A stretch of DNA of 64,000 nucleotides from NCBI RefSeq assembly GCF_006345805.1, contig NC_043013.1, forward strand, positions 12,338,001 to 12,402,000. Reading direction: 5' to 3'. Under the pieces are notes generated by a model, which was not told where the DNA came from, ran no database searches, and saw only the letters and a list, made by a program, of their open reading frames with translations. Positions 35,861-49,596 of the stretch are shown piece after piece (position 1 is the first letter of the stretch; the number at the start of each line of letters is the position of its first letter). A program made the position numbers and the translations under genes. The stretch comes from Octopus sinensis (lineage: Eukaryota).

Positions 35861-36373
35861 TGTGTGTATATATGTATGTATATATATATATAATATGTAT
35901 ATGTGTGTATATAGATATGTATATATGTGTGTATATATATATGTGTGTGTGTATGTGTGTGCATATGTTTATGTGTATGTGTGTGTGTGTCTCAGAATAT
36001 CTATCTACACACCTGTCTTATGTGTGTATGTGATTTCAATCAAATTGCACATATTCTTCTAATGGGGGTATATACGTGTGTGTATATATGTGTGTTTGTG
36101 TGTGAGTGAGCCATAAGAGTCACACGTGGAGCTCTCTGTGAGCATGTGGGTTCATGTGTGTGCATGTGAGGCGCCAACTCATTTTCATTACCTGTCCATA
36201 GAGTCTTGGCCTGTCAGCCTCTCGGATGCAGTTCCTCTGGGACATTACCGCTGCTGTTGCAACCTCCATTGTATAGTGTGTGCCACAGTATATTCACCCT
36301 AACATCTCTGCACTATACTATATACATATGTATATATATACATATATATATTTGTAAACAAGGGAAAATACAC

Positions 36374-36412
<39 letters not shown>

Positions 36413-37167
36413 TATGTATATGTATACACACATGCACACGCGTGCACACACACACACACACTTACTCGTGCACCCCTTTCCCCATGTACTGGTTCACCCG
36501 ACGCCACTTTGCAAACCCACGTTTTACACACAACACACACACACATGCATTTTACTCTTGTATACATCCACACACACATACATACATGCACCCACACATG
36601 TATACCTGCACTCGTGTAGGTATGTATGTATACCCACATATATATATACATGCTCTCATACACAGTCACACACACATATACATACGTGTACACTCACACG
36701 CACACATATACATACAGGCATACAGCCACAGACGCATAAACATACGTCTATACACGGACATACACATGCATATATGCACTCACACATACACACACTCACA
36801 TGTACGTATACGCACACATACACGCACACAAGAACTATTGTAAGTACGCTGCCACCACAACTACACACACACACCACCACCACCACCACCACCACAACTA
36901 CTATAGCTTCCATGGTTCTACAGTACTCGGAGTTCCCCCTCCTACTCCATATATCTAAAGAGGTGTGCGTGTGTGTGTGTGTGTGCGTGTATATCTGTAT
37001 ATCTTTGCATACGTGTGTGTGTGTGTGTGTGTGTGTCTTCTCCAATGAACATTTCATCTGTGTTCATTTCCTTTACACAATGCAGTTCTGATTTACCTCC
37101 CACTTCTACCTCAATTCCTGCCCTCCTTCCTGCTTTTCTCTCTTTGTTTTTCACTCTTTCTCTCTGT

Positions 37168-37200
<33 letters not shown>

Positions 37201-37269
37201 CTCTATTTCACACACACACACACCAACACTTTCTCCTTTCCTTACTTCTCCCTTTCTCATCCTTTGTCA

Positions 37270-37341
37270 TTATATCTATCTATCTGTTTGCCTTTATCTG
37301 TCACTATCTATCTATCCATCCATCCATCCATCTGTCTATCC

Positions 37342-37397
<56 letters not shown>

Positions 37398-37426
37398 GTC
37401 TTTCTATCTATCTATCTATCTGTCTT

Positions 37427-37457
<31 letters not shown>

Positions 37458-37459
37458 GC

Positions 37460-37525
<66 letters not shown>

Positions 37526-37623
37526 GTCTATCTATCTGTCTTTCGATCTATCTATCTATCTATCTAACTGTCTGTCTATCTACCTACCTATCCAACCATT
37601 AATTTATCTATCTACCTACTTAC

Positions 37624-37698
<75 letters not shown>

Positions 37699-37703
37699 CC
37701 TAC

Positions 37704-37741
<38 letters not shown>

Positions 37742-37790
37742 GCCTATCTATCTATCTGTCTGTCTGTCTATCTGTCTGTCTATTTATCTA
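37270..37790. repeat. (TATC)n array
   Basis: Directly visible. Confidence 0.95.
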
Positions 37791-38753
37791 CCTGTCCCTC
37801 TCTCTCCCACTGTCACCACAACTAACAAAGAACACCCAAGAGAAGGGACCCACTAAACATGGGTCATTCGGTCTGCTGGAAATAACAACCAGTTCTACTC
37901 CTAAGTCTCTCTTTACCATCTCAAATTTGGGAAGGACACTTTGGATCATGTAGTTCCGTATAGTAACCCCTACAAAAGCAAAAAAAAAAACTAACTAAAA
38001 GTTGGGGGCGGGGTAGGATCAGATAGTTATAATTGGAATATCTTTGATCAGTGGTTTGCTTGTTCAGGACACTGACCTGGGGCTAAACAATAGCAGCAAG
38101 AACCAAAGCACCACTACAAAGCCGCTACATGGTCGCTTGAGATGCTAGAAATAGCAGCCAGATCTTCCTCAAATCACACCTTATCTTTAATAAAAAAAAA
38201 GGGACATGTTGGATGATGTGATATAGACTTGTACATCGGGGGGGGGGGGGATGACGTGATGGTCATAGCTGGAGGGGGCATTGATCATACATAGGGTTTG
38301 CTCATTCAGGGTTGACTTTGGTGGTGGGGAGGAGTGGGGTCCAAACACCATCACCATCACCACCACCACCACCACCACCAGCACATGGCATTGTCCCATC
38401 TCATTATGGTCTACTCCTCCTTCTCCTCCTACTTTTGTCTCTTTCGCCTCTGCCTCCCACCATCACCCCCAACCCCGTCACCTGTCTTTTCTCCCCCCCC
38501 CACCGCTCTCCACTTTCCCCTCTGTCTTCCCCTCACCGCACATTCTATCTGCCTCCTCTTCCTCCCACTTTCACTCTGATTAGTTAATTTCTCTTTGACA
38601 CCTTACCATTATCTCCCCAACCCCCAACCCCACCTCTCCTCTCTCTCTCTCTCTCTCTCTCTCCCTCTCTGCCTTTCATAGGACAAGGCAAGTTAGATGG
38701 AGGGGAAACATCTGAAATAGAACTGCAGTGGGAGGGGCAGAAAGTCAACCATT

Positions 38754-38798
<45 letters not shown>

Positions 38799-40311
38799 GT
38801 TGTTGTTGTTGTTTTATTAAAGTTGCTGCTGTTGTTTTCACATTTCATTTATTGATTTATTTATTTATTTACATGTTTGCCTGTCTTCTTCCCCCCCCCC
38901 AGTCACTTCCGGGTGCTGCCCCCCCACACACACACACACATTGACACATCTATACTTCATCTCTGGATCTCTCTCTCTCTCTCTCTCTCTCTCCCCTAAG
39001 ACTCCCATGTCAGATGAGGGGGGTGCAGTATTTGTAGTGTTGGTGGTTGTTTGTGGGCAGCAGTGTTGTATTGTTGTTTAGCCCCAGGTCAACCTTCATT
39101 AAGCATGACCTATCTGATCCAAAAGCATTCCACCCATGGCCATCTGTTTTTTTTAGTTTTGTTCTTTATTTTTTTTGTTTTGTTTTGTTTGTTTTTGTTT
39201 ATCCCTATGCACAGTGAAACAAAAACCAGATTATCTAAGGTGTCCTTCTTTTTAAAGACCGCAAGGTGTGACCTGAGGGTGGGAAGGATTTGGCTGCTAC
39301 TTCTAGCGAGTCGAACATCCATGTACGGGCTTCCTTATTGGTTTGTGGTGTTGACAATGGTGTTGGCTGTTGTGGTGGTGGTGGTGGTGTTGGTGTTGTT
39401 TGCAGTGGTGATAATTGTATTGTTTGGAGTGGTGTTGACGGTAGTTACGGTGGTAGTGGTTGTAGTTGTAGTAGTGGTGGTGGTGGTGGTGTTGGGGTTA
39501 CAGTGGGAGCGGTAGTTGTGGCATTGTCTACAGTGGTGATAACATAATTGTTTACAGTGGTGGTGGTGGTGGTGGTGCTGGTGGTGATTGCTAATTTTGG
39601 TGTTGTTCTGCAGTGGTGGTGGTGGTGGTGGTGGTAGTGGTGGTGGTAACAATGTTAGTTTCAGAGATTTGGTGGAATTAATAACAGTGGTGGTTAGTAT
39701 AATAGTGATGATGGCATTAAGAGTGATTATGATAATGGTGGTGGTGGTGGTTGTGGTGGTGGTGGTGGTGCTGCTGATGATAATGATTATGATGTTGATG
39801 TTGGTGGTATTGGTAGTAGTGATGGTAGTCGTGCTGCTACAGCTGATGATGATGATGATGATGATGACAAAAATGGTATTGGTGGTGGTGGTGGTGGTGG
39901 TGGTGGTAATAGTGCTGGTACTGCTGCCGCCGATAATGATGATGATGACAGTGATGGTAATGGTGATGATGATGTTGGTAATGGTGATGGTGGTGATGCT
40001 GCTGCTGCTGCCGACGGCGGTGGTAGTCATCCCCCTCCCCCTCCACAGACTCACCCCCTCATCCCCACTCCTTCCGCACACCTTGCTGTTTTCCAAAGTT
40101 TCCATTCTGTTCACTGAACAATGTCTATAAAATGGCTCTTATTTATTTACTTATTTATTTAGTCCAACTTTTTTTGTTTTGTTTTGGTTTTTGTTTTTGT
40201 TTGTTGTTATATTTATTTACTTATTTATTTATTCATTTATTAGCAGAAGGTTGGCATTGGGTTAACATTACCTAATTCTCTTCAGCATCCCACCCTCACC
40301 CATCCACTCCC

Positions 40312-40615
40312 CATGATCATCACCATCACCACCACCACCTCCATCACCATCACCACCATCACCTCCATCACCTCCATCACCTCCATCACCACCATCACCT
40401 CCATCACCACCATCACCTCCATCACCACCATCACCTCCATCACCACCATCACCTCCATCACCACCATCACCTCCATCATCACCATCACCTCCATCACCAT
40501 CACCATCACCTCCATCACCATCACCACCACCATCATCACTGCCATCGTCACCATCACCGTCACTGCCATCACCACTACTACCACCACCACCACCACCACC
40601 ACCATCACCACCATC
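40312..40615. repeat. 18-bp higher-order repeat (ATCACCTCCATCACCACC)n
   Basis: Directly visible. Confidence 0.9.
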
Positions 40616-43600
40616 ACAGTGTTGTCACCTTTGGCTGTTGTTTTTGTTGTTGTTGTTGCCGTTGTAGTTGTCGTTGTTTGCGAGGTGTGTGAATTACGAA
40701 CTTACCTTGTTTGCTTCACCTCCAAGCATGGCAGCATCTACCGTCAATGCCACCGCAAACCATTAACCTTCACCATCATCAGTACCATCGTCATCATTAC
40801 TACTACCACTACCACTAACACCGAATCTACCACCACGTGTGACCACCTTCGCTATCGCCACCACTATCATCCTCATCATCAATACTGCTACCAGCCCTTA
40901 TGCTAACACCACCACCACCACCACCACCACAACTATTGCCAATACTATTTTTAATATGGCTGTTACCATCACCATCATTGTCATCATCATTATTGTCGTC
41001 GTCATCACTACCATCGTCATCTCCCACTATCACTGCTGCCACTACCAACAACACTATCATTAATATTACTACCGCCATCGCTATACTCTCATCATCACCA
41101 CCACTGGTACCACCATCATCACTACTTTATTCATATCTCCATCTTTATAGACTACCACTGAACATTACCTCACACACACACACACATATATATACATACA
41201 CACACATATGTATATATATATATGTATATATATATACATATATATATATACACATATATATATGTATATATATATACATATATATACACACACACATATA
41301 TGTGTGTGTGTTTGTGTATATACACACATGTATGTATACACTGCCATTTTTACCTTGTATACACACCCCGCCATCTCTTTTATAAATGCTATCACCCATA
41401 TATATATACACACACACATACGCATGCACTTCCACCTTTATACTTCGCCATCACCACACCACCACCTATGCACCTTGCTCTCCTCCTTCCCCACCCACCT
41501 TCTCACCATCCTTTATGTTTCCTTAATTTATATTCCATTCTTTTTTTATTAATTTCTAGACACCCCACTCCCTACCCTGCCCCCACTCTGCACCTTATCC
41601 TTCTCTCCTGCTCCACCCCACTCTCTCTGTCTGTCTCTCTCTCTCTCTTTCCCTGTCTTTCTCTCCTCCTTCTCCTCTACTTTCACATTTTTGCTGATGA
41701 TGTAGTTAGCGATGAGGAGGGTGGGGCATGGAAGGGTTGGCTGGCTGACTGACTGACTGACTGACTGACTTGGAGAGACAAAAGTTAGATTGAAATTGGA
41801 AGTTGGGTGGGGACATAGGGAGAAGATAGTTAAGGAGAGAAGCAAGGTAGAGAGAGAGAGAGAGAGGGAGAGAGAGAGAAAGAGAGAGCAGGGGTGAGAG
41901 ACAAAGACATTGAAAAACAAGGAGAGAGAGAGAAATGCATACACTTTCACACAGATATATGTGCGTGTGTGTTTGTGTGTGTGTGTGTTATATTACACAC
42001 ATGCATGTACATAAGCAGAAATGTGTGTGCACCAGAGGGACAGAGAAGTAGTAAGAGAGACATGGATGTGTGCATAAGAGATAGAAAGATAATATTAGAG
42101 AGTAAGGGGGAGAGAGAGAGAGAAGTATGCATACTCTTTCATATATATATATATATATATACACACATAAACATATATATATATATAAAACACATATATA
42201 CACATATATATATAAACACACACACATATATACATACACCACACACATATATGTATGTATGTATGTGTTTATATATGTATGTATGTGTTTATATATACAT
42301 ATGGAGACAGGTGTGAGAGAGGTAGTCTAACGGAGGTAATGAAGTTTCCCTTTTTTTCCCTCAGCATCCAACCCAGGTTTCCTGTTTCCCCTCTTCTCTT
42401 AAACCAAATTGAGCAAATCAAGCTGCATCCCTGCCACCACCACCACCACCACCACTACTACCACTCTGCTCACCTCTAACACTTTACATTATCATCATCA
42501 TCATCAACAACAACACACTAACTTGTTCTCAATACCACTGCACCGAACACTGGTACCCGCTTCTACGTCTCCACTCCACTCATGACCTGTACACTCGTAA
42601 CTGCTACCACTGCATTCACCACTACCACCAATACTCCACTCACCATAACACTGCTTCAGCTACACTCCACCACTGCCACCTCTACATACTTCATCGGTGT
42701 CGCTGCACTCAAACCCACTAACACTTAAAACAGCACCACTCCTACTGCACTGCACTGCACTCATGAGTAACTCTTCCGTCTGCCACCATTAAAATCCCCC
42801 TCTTCCTTCTCCCCTCCATCCCCTCCAAAAACCTGACATTTTAACTTTTTTACTGATATTTTGACCCAATTATTAAACATATTTACTTTGTTGTTGTTTT
42901 ATTAATTAATCCATTAATTCAGTAATTAGTTATTAATATTTGTTTTACTTTATCGTATTATTATTATGTTGTTTTGTTTTCTGGGGTTTTTTTTTTTTTT
43001 CAAAATTTCCGTCTAGTCAGAATTGGAGGTGGGGATGGAATTCATACCAGAGGGAGCAAAAGAAAGAGGGGAGGAGATGTTCTGATCTTTAAAAAAAACA
43101 AAACACTCTCCTGGTATGGTGAGGGTGGCAGCATGGCGCGACGCAACTAGAAGTGTCAGGTGTTGGTGTTGGTGTTGGTGTTGGTGTTTTGTTGGTGTAG
43201 TAGTAAATGTTACGGCTACACCCTTCCCTTTCTCCCTCCTCCACACATGGCCACCACCACCACCACTGTGCAGCTGAGGGAGAGAGTCACCGACTCCTGC
43301 AGCTTGCAGGTTAGCGATGACAGCAGCACTCTCTGCAACTTGGGATGAAGCAATCAGGATGACAGCTGTGGTACAGGCTGTAGTGGAAGTGGTGATTGCA
43401 ACTGTGAGAAGGCTGTAGTAGCAGCATCAGTAGTAGTAGTAGTGGTTGTGGTGATGGTGGCAGTGGGATGAGTTGTAGTAGCAGAGGTAGTAATAACTGC
43501 AGGCATGGGCTGTAGTACAAGTAGTGGTAATCATAGTAACTGCAAAGTGAGGTGTAATTAGTTGTGGTGACAGTAACGGTATGGGCCACAGTTGTAGTAA

Positions 43601-43903
43601 GGCTGCAGATGTGGTTACAAGATAGTTGTTGTGACAGAGGCTGCAGGAGATGTGACAGGAAGGGTAAAAGGGCTGCACATGCAACTGCAGTAAGTGCAGC
43701 GACACTGTCAAATAAAATTAGACGTGTGCACTTCTGACAAATGGATGCACAATTGTTGTCTACACCAGCACCACTAGTGGTGGTATCTACTGTTGCCATG
43801 TTCACCAGTTGCTGCACTCACTGTTACCATGTGCACATTGGTGGTGGCAGTAAGTGCATGCATTGTTGCATTGTTTTCGCAGCACCCCACTCGCTGCACC
43901 GTT

Positions 43904-43916
43904 GTCGTCTAGCAAC
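43904..43916. promoter_or_regulatory. X-box-like motif
   Basis: GTCGTCTAGCAAC has a perfect AGCAAC half-site and one mismatch to consensus. Confidence 0.3.
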
Positions 43917-43939
43917 CAAGCTGTGAGAGTTAAGCAAAC

Positions 43940-43990
43940 ATGAGCTGCGGAAGGATCCGTCCAATATTTGAGAGTGGAGTGAGCAGACGG
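43940..43990 (+). CDS. Candidate first coding exon (MSCGRIRPIFESGVSRR), unverified
   Basis: AAACATG start context, 17 open codons, donor CGG|GTAGGT, local CpG enrichment. No homology recognised. Confidence 0.2.
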
Positions 43991-44059
43991 GTAGGTGTGG
44001 AGATACACTCGACCGGCTAGAAATAGCAACCAGATCTCTCTCGTTGTCCAACGTTCCAG

Positions 44060-44395
44060 ATTCATTCCCACTTCATGGACACCTTGAGCAAGTGTCTTCT
44101 ACTTTCGCCTCTCAAGCTGTCCAAAGCCTTGTGAGTGGATTTGACAGATAGAAAGTGAAAGAAGCTCATTGTGTTCATGCATTTGTGTGTGTGTGTGTCT
44201 GTCTTTGTCCTCCACTGCTGTTTGGCAACCAGTCTTCGTGTCTTTACATCCCCATAACTTAGCAGTTCAGCAAAAGAAACCGATATAATAAATATCAAGC
44301 TTACTAAAAATAAAATATGTACTGAAATCGATCCATTTGACTAAAGTCTTGAAGGCGTCACTCCAGCATGGCCACAGGCTAATGACAAAAACAAA
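44060..44395 (+). mobile_element. SINE A, degenerate
   Basis: CCTTGAGCAAGTGTC...CCAAAGCCTTGTGAGTGGATTTG...CTCCAGCATGGCCAC. Confidence 0.8.
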
Positions 44396-45051
44396 AATGC
44401 TCTCTTTGCAACCACAAGATCCCAGGTTCAATCCTACAGCTTGTCGTCTTGAGCAAATGTCATGTTGAATGAAATGGGGCTAATGGAAACTGAAGAAGCT
44501 CGTCATTGTTCGCATAATTCAAAAAGGGGATGGCCTCATCACACACACACTATGTCACAATGATTCTGTCTGAAAATTATGTTGAGGGTACGCATGTCTA
44601 TGGAATACTCAACCGTTTGCATGCTAATTCATGAGTCTGGTAGATCAGTTGAGCCAGCAAGTGAATTCTGATCACTCAACAATGTGGATCACTGAGGAAA
44701 CTATAAGGAAGTACACAAGCACTCAGCTCTGAGGGCTCTGTGTACTGTAGCAGAAACAGCTTGAAGCTAATGCAGTCTGTTACATAATTTCCTGTTCCTT
44801 TGTCATTTGTTTAAATTCAAAAGTAGTAGTTGTTGTAGTAGTAGTAGTAGTGGCGGTGGTGGCAGTGGTGGTAGTGTTGGTGATGGCTCTTAATTTAAGG
44901 TACAAAAGCAGCTGTTTTCTTCTGGAAAGGAGTGGTTAGTTCACACACACACATTCTTTTATTCTTATAGATTTCAGCCCAAACACTGTGAGCATGCTGG
45001 AGCACTGCCTATTTGTATGTGTTTATGTGTGTATATATCTCTATCCTTCTT

Positions 45052-45093
<42 letters not shown>

Positions 45094-45160
45094 AATGTAT
45101 ATGTATATATATATATGTGTGTGTGTATGTATGTATATGTGTGTGTGTATGTATGTATAT

Positions 45161-45372
45161 GACCGTGAGTGTACCGTTGGAAATTTTTTTTTTCCCCTCC
45201 ATCTTCCCTTCTCTGGATCTTTCCTTCTCCTATGTTTCCGACGAAGAGCTCCGCTCGAAACGTAAAACCCTCCTTCTTCCCTTCCTTCCTGAGCATCCAA
45301 TAATACTATATTTGTTCCACATCCTCGCGTTGTTGTGTTTTCTCTTGGTGTTTTCATGTTTGGATTAACTTT
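45161..45372 (+). mobile_element. About 210-bp hammerhead element in TA/TG microsatellite
   Basis: Homologous to 21046-21249 (-). Confidence 0.8.
45234..45268 (+). ncRNA. Minimal type-I hammerhead ribozyme (CCGACGA core)
   Basis: GTTT CCGACGA A GAGC TCC GCTC GAAAC GTA AAAC. Loopless palindromic stem III (ACGU); predicted cut after 45264. Confidence 0.75.
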
Positions 45373-45711
45373 ATAAATATATATATATATATGTGTATAT
45401 ATCAGTTCAACATGGAGCACTTTTGATACATGTTTTTTTTTTTTCTCTCTCCATTTGCTTTCTCTCCTCAGCCACTTCTTTGAAGACTGCTCTCATTTTT
45501 TCCTGGGTGTCAAACTAATACACCCCGTTTGTTGCTCTTTCACCTGTCTCTGTTTTTGTCTGTATACACACACACACACAGACACACACACATGCCAAAA
45601 CACACTCACATGGTGAATAACACAAGCTATAAAAAAAGACTTTAGTTTAAATATACCATATTATATGTATGAAGGGTGAAGCATGTGTATGTTTCTGTAA
45701 GTATCTGTGTC

Positions 45712-45745
<34 letters not shown>

Positions 45746-46155
45746 CTTTAGACTTGCTGTCAAATTTTCCCTGTATCATGAAGCTAGTGATGACACTTTG
45801 TCATCCTTTGCTTACCTTGCTCTGGTCTAAAATTAGTTTGATCTTTGTACCTGCCTTTTCTGTTGCTACTACCTCCACCAATACTGTTATTGCTATTGTT
45901 GTGGTTGTTATTGTAGTTGCTGTGGTGGTGGTGGTGGTGGTGGTGGTGGTGGTGTTTTGTGTGGTCATCATCAGAGAGCAAGAAGTGAAGCGTTTAACAG
46001 TCTTTGGCAGCATTTTCATTTTAGATTTTCACATAGAGTATTTGAACTCAAGACAAGACAGCTGTACCAGTTACTTTAACCACCATGTTAGCAACAATAG
46101 TAGTAGTAGTAGTTGTAGTAGTAGTTTGTTGTTTGTTTCTTCTCGAGCAACGTCT

Positions 46156-46431
46156 GGCTCATAAGGGCTGGTTTCCCGGTTTCCTTAGCATATTGGTTCC
46201 CCACCTGGACGGGACGCCGGCCTGTCACAGGTGAGCTGCAAGATGCAGGAGCAAAGAGTGAGAGAAAGTTGTGGGGAAAGAGTCAGCAGAAGTTCGCCAT
46301 TACCTTCTGCTGGAGCCATGTGGAGCTTTAGGTGTTTCGCTCATAAACACACACATCGCCCGGTCTGAGATTGGAACCCGCGATTCCTTGACTGCGAGTC
46401 CGCTGCTCTAACCACTAGGCCATGTGCCTCC
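46156..46431 (-). mobile_element. tRNA-derived SINE family E/F, well-preserved head
   Basis: Minus strand GGAGGCACATGGCCTAGTGGTTAGAGC...GCGGGTTCCAATC (A and B boxes), followed by a non-tRNA body. Confidence 0.85.
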
Positions 46432-46539
46432 ACCAGTTGTAGTAGGAGTAGTTTCTAATTTATGTACAAGACCAGTAATGTTTGCTGGGTTGGGTCCAGT
46501 ATTTGGTTAATTACATCAACCCCCATCTGAATACTGGGG

Positions 46540-47245
46540 TTGATGTAATCTTTATCTTGTTGACTTCAAAAGTTAAAATTGGTCTTAGTGGAATTTGAAC
46601 TCGGAATGTAAAGACCTAGAAGAAATGCCACTGAGCATTTTGTTTGACACACAAGCAAACCTTGCCAGCTTGCTACCTTAATAATGATAATCTTTTGTAC
46701 TATAGGCACAAGGCCTGAAATTTTTGAGGAGGGCAATAGGTGATTACGTCAACTCCAGTGCTCAAATGGTACTTATATTCTTTCCTTATTTCTTTATTGC
46801 CCACAAAGGGGCTAAATATAGAGGGGACAAACAAGGACAGACAAAGGGATTAAGTCAATTACATCGACCCAGTGCATAGCTGTACTTATATTCGTTTCTA
46901 CTCTAGGCACAAGGCCCAAAATTTTTGGGAAGGGAACCAGTCGATTAGATTTACCCAAGTACACAACTGGTACTTAATTTATCGACTCTGAAAGGATGAA
47001 AGACAAAGTCCACCTTGGTGGAATTTGAACTCAGAATGTAAAGACAGGTGAAATGTTGCTAAGCATTTTGTCCAGTGTGCTAACAATTCTGCCAGCTTGC
47101 TGCCTTAGTGGTACTTATTATATTGACCCCGAGAGGATGAAAGGCAAAGTCAACCTTGACAGAATTTTAACTCAGAACGTAAAGACAGGCGAAATGCTGC
47201 TAAGCTATTTGTCCTGCTTGCTAACAATCCTGCCAACTTACCATC

Positions 47246-47278
<33 letters not shown>

Positions 47279-48210
47279 GTGACACGTAAAAGCAGGTGAC
47301 ACGTAAAAGCACTATCCGTTCGTGGCCGTTTGCCAGCCCTGTCTGGCCCCCGTGTCGGTGGCATGTAAAAGCACCATCCATTCATGCCCGTTGCCAGCCT
47401 CGCCTGGCCCCCATGCCGGTGACACGTAAAAGCACCATCCGTTTCGTGGCCGTTTGCCAGCTCTGTCTGGCCCCCGTGTTGGTGGCACGTAAAAGCACCA
47501 TCCGTTCGTGTCCGTTGCCAGCCTCGCCTGGCCCCGTGCCGGTGACACGTAAAAGCACCATCCGTTCGTGGCCGTTTGCCAGCTCTGTCTGGCACCTGTG
47601 CAGGTGGCACGTAAAAAGCACCCACTACACTCACGGAGTGGTTGGCGTTAGGAAGGGCATCCAGCCGTAGAAACACTGCCAGATCTGACTGGGCCTGATG
47701 AAGCCTTCCAGCTTCACAGACCCCAGTTGAACCGTCCAACCCATGCTAGCATGGAGAACGGTCGCTAAATGATGATGATGATGATGATGATGATGAATGG
47801 TAATGATAATCCTTTCTACTATAGGCACAAGGTCTGAAATTTTGGGGAGGGGGCTAGCCGATTCTGTTAACCCCAGTATTTCACTGGTATTTAATTTGTC
47901 GACCCTGAAATGATGAAAGGCAAAGTTGACCTCAGCGGAATTTGAACTCAGAACATAGTGGCGTGCGAAATACCGCTAAGCATTCCAGTTGGCGTACTAA
48001 TGATTATGCCAGTAATAATAATAATAATAATAATAATAATATAATAATAATAATAATCCTTTCTATTATAGGCACAAGGTTTGAAATTTGGGGGCGGGGG
48101 ATAGTCGATTCTGTTAACTCCAGTGTTTCACTGGTACTTAATTTATTGACCCCCAAAAGGGTGAAATGTTAAGTTGACCTCGGTGGAATTTGAACTCAGA
48201 ATGTAAACGG
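46540..48210 (-). mobile_element. Stack of about 7 co-oriented SINE B pieces (two 3'-tail subtypes), interrupted by family C
   Basis: Repeated GGAATTTGAACTC(A/G)GAA and GATGAAAGGCAAAGT cores. Confidence 0.8.
47278..47797 (+). mobile_element. Family C element with internal about 61-bp tandem array
   Basis: Units start at 47295, 47357, 47418, 47481, 47541 and 47603; ends in (GAT)n. Confidence 0.85.
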
Positions 48211-48574
48211 GAGTAGCAGATTGTCATGGAGTATGTTATACAGAAAGGTTTATAGTATTTAGCTATGACAGTCTTATACTCTGAGTTTCCATCTCATCAC
48301 GGTTGACAAGAATTTGGCATTTTGATGACTTCCAGGTGAGGTGCAGCAGGTATAAAGCAAATACCTATTGTTATTGGTGATAGAGGTGGTGCTTGTTGCA
48401 CTGGTGGCTCTGGCACTCCAGGTCAGCTGTGAATGAACAAATCTATTTGATCAAATGCATTCCACCCATGACCATCACATCTGTTTCGAGGGTATCTATG
48501 TAGGTTTACGTTATTCAATATGTTCTTTCCATATTTAACACAAGGATCTAGCTGGACATACAACCAAATAGAGT

Positions 48575-48900
48575 CCCCTGCAATGGTGGTAGTGGTGGTG
48601 GTCACATAGACTCTCCTCAATGGTGGTGGTAGTGGTGGTCAGATAGACTCTGTTGCATTGGTGGTGGTGGTGGTGGTGGTGGTTACATAGACTGCATTGG
48701 TGGTAGTGGTGGTGGTCACATAGATTTCTCCTGGATTGTTGGCAGTGGAGGTGGTCACATAGATTTCTCCTGGATTGTTGGCAGTGGAGGTGGTCACATA
48801 GATTTCTCCTGGATTGTTGGCAGTGGAGGTGGTCACATAGACTCTCCTGCATTGGTGGCAGTGGTGATGGTCACAGACAGTCTCTTGCATTGTGGTGGTG
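48575..48900. repeat. 39-bp minisatellite (three identical units, 48711-48827) with degenerate flanking units
   Basis: GGTGGTCACATAGATTTCTCCTGGATTGTTGGCAGTGGA occurs three times. Confidence 0.95.
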
Positions 48901-49410
48901 GTGGTCAATTAAGCTACGTGCAGTCCACCCCTTGCCCTTGCTCTTGTTCCTCGGTGATGGTGAGGTTGGGGAGGACTTCTGTTGATAATCATGGTGGTGG
49001 CAGGATGGGAAGGTGCCTGACTATGATGACGATGGTGATGACACAGAAGATAGGTAAACTGATGGTGTTTATGATGCTGGGACAGAAGAGAAGGTCGATG
49101 GTCTTCGTGACTATGGTGGTGACAACGATGAAGATCGTGTTGGTGATTGTGGTAGTGCTGGTGGTGATGTTGGTGACGATAATGATAATGATAATGATGA
49201 TGAGGAGGGTGAGGGGGAGGCGACGACTGTGGTGATGGTGGTGGTGATAAAGATAATTCATTGTTTTTTTTTCGCCCCCCCCTCCCCAATTGCAACTGCG
49301 AGGTGTTAAATGAAGCTACATATTTCATACACCTCCAAGACTCCATCTTTTTGTATACACAAATATGTACACATTTGAGTATATATATACATATACATAC
49401 ATGCATGCAT

Positions 49411-49496
<86 letters not shown>

Positions 49497-49556
49497 CATA
49501 CACACATATATACATATAAATGTATATATGTTATATATATATATACATATACATTC

Positions 49557-49596
<40 letters not shown>

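Noticed and set aside
42865-42945. Dense TAAT/ATTA homeodomain-like cluster (also 52545-52560)
   Set aside because: Expected by chance in very AT-rich sequence; no independent support.
46358-46431. tRNA-like sequence on the minus strand (also SINE heads at 29124, 21962, 62372)
   Set aside because: A and B boxes are present, but the acceptor and anticodon stems do not pair and the sequence continues into a SINE body. These are SINE heads, not tRNA genes.
47295-47615. Regular repeats that might suggest a CRISPR array (also 48711-48827 and 13403-13921)
   Set aside because: Units are contiguous with no unique spacers, the context is eukaryotic, and there are no cas genes.
48271-48310. Minus-strand GTGATGA..GAAACTCAGAGTA resembling the 11.1/20.6-kb hammerheads
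   Set aside because: There is no stem I or II pairing. On the plus strand it is better explained as a decayed SINE B-box region (CTCTGAGTT...CGGTTGAC).
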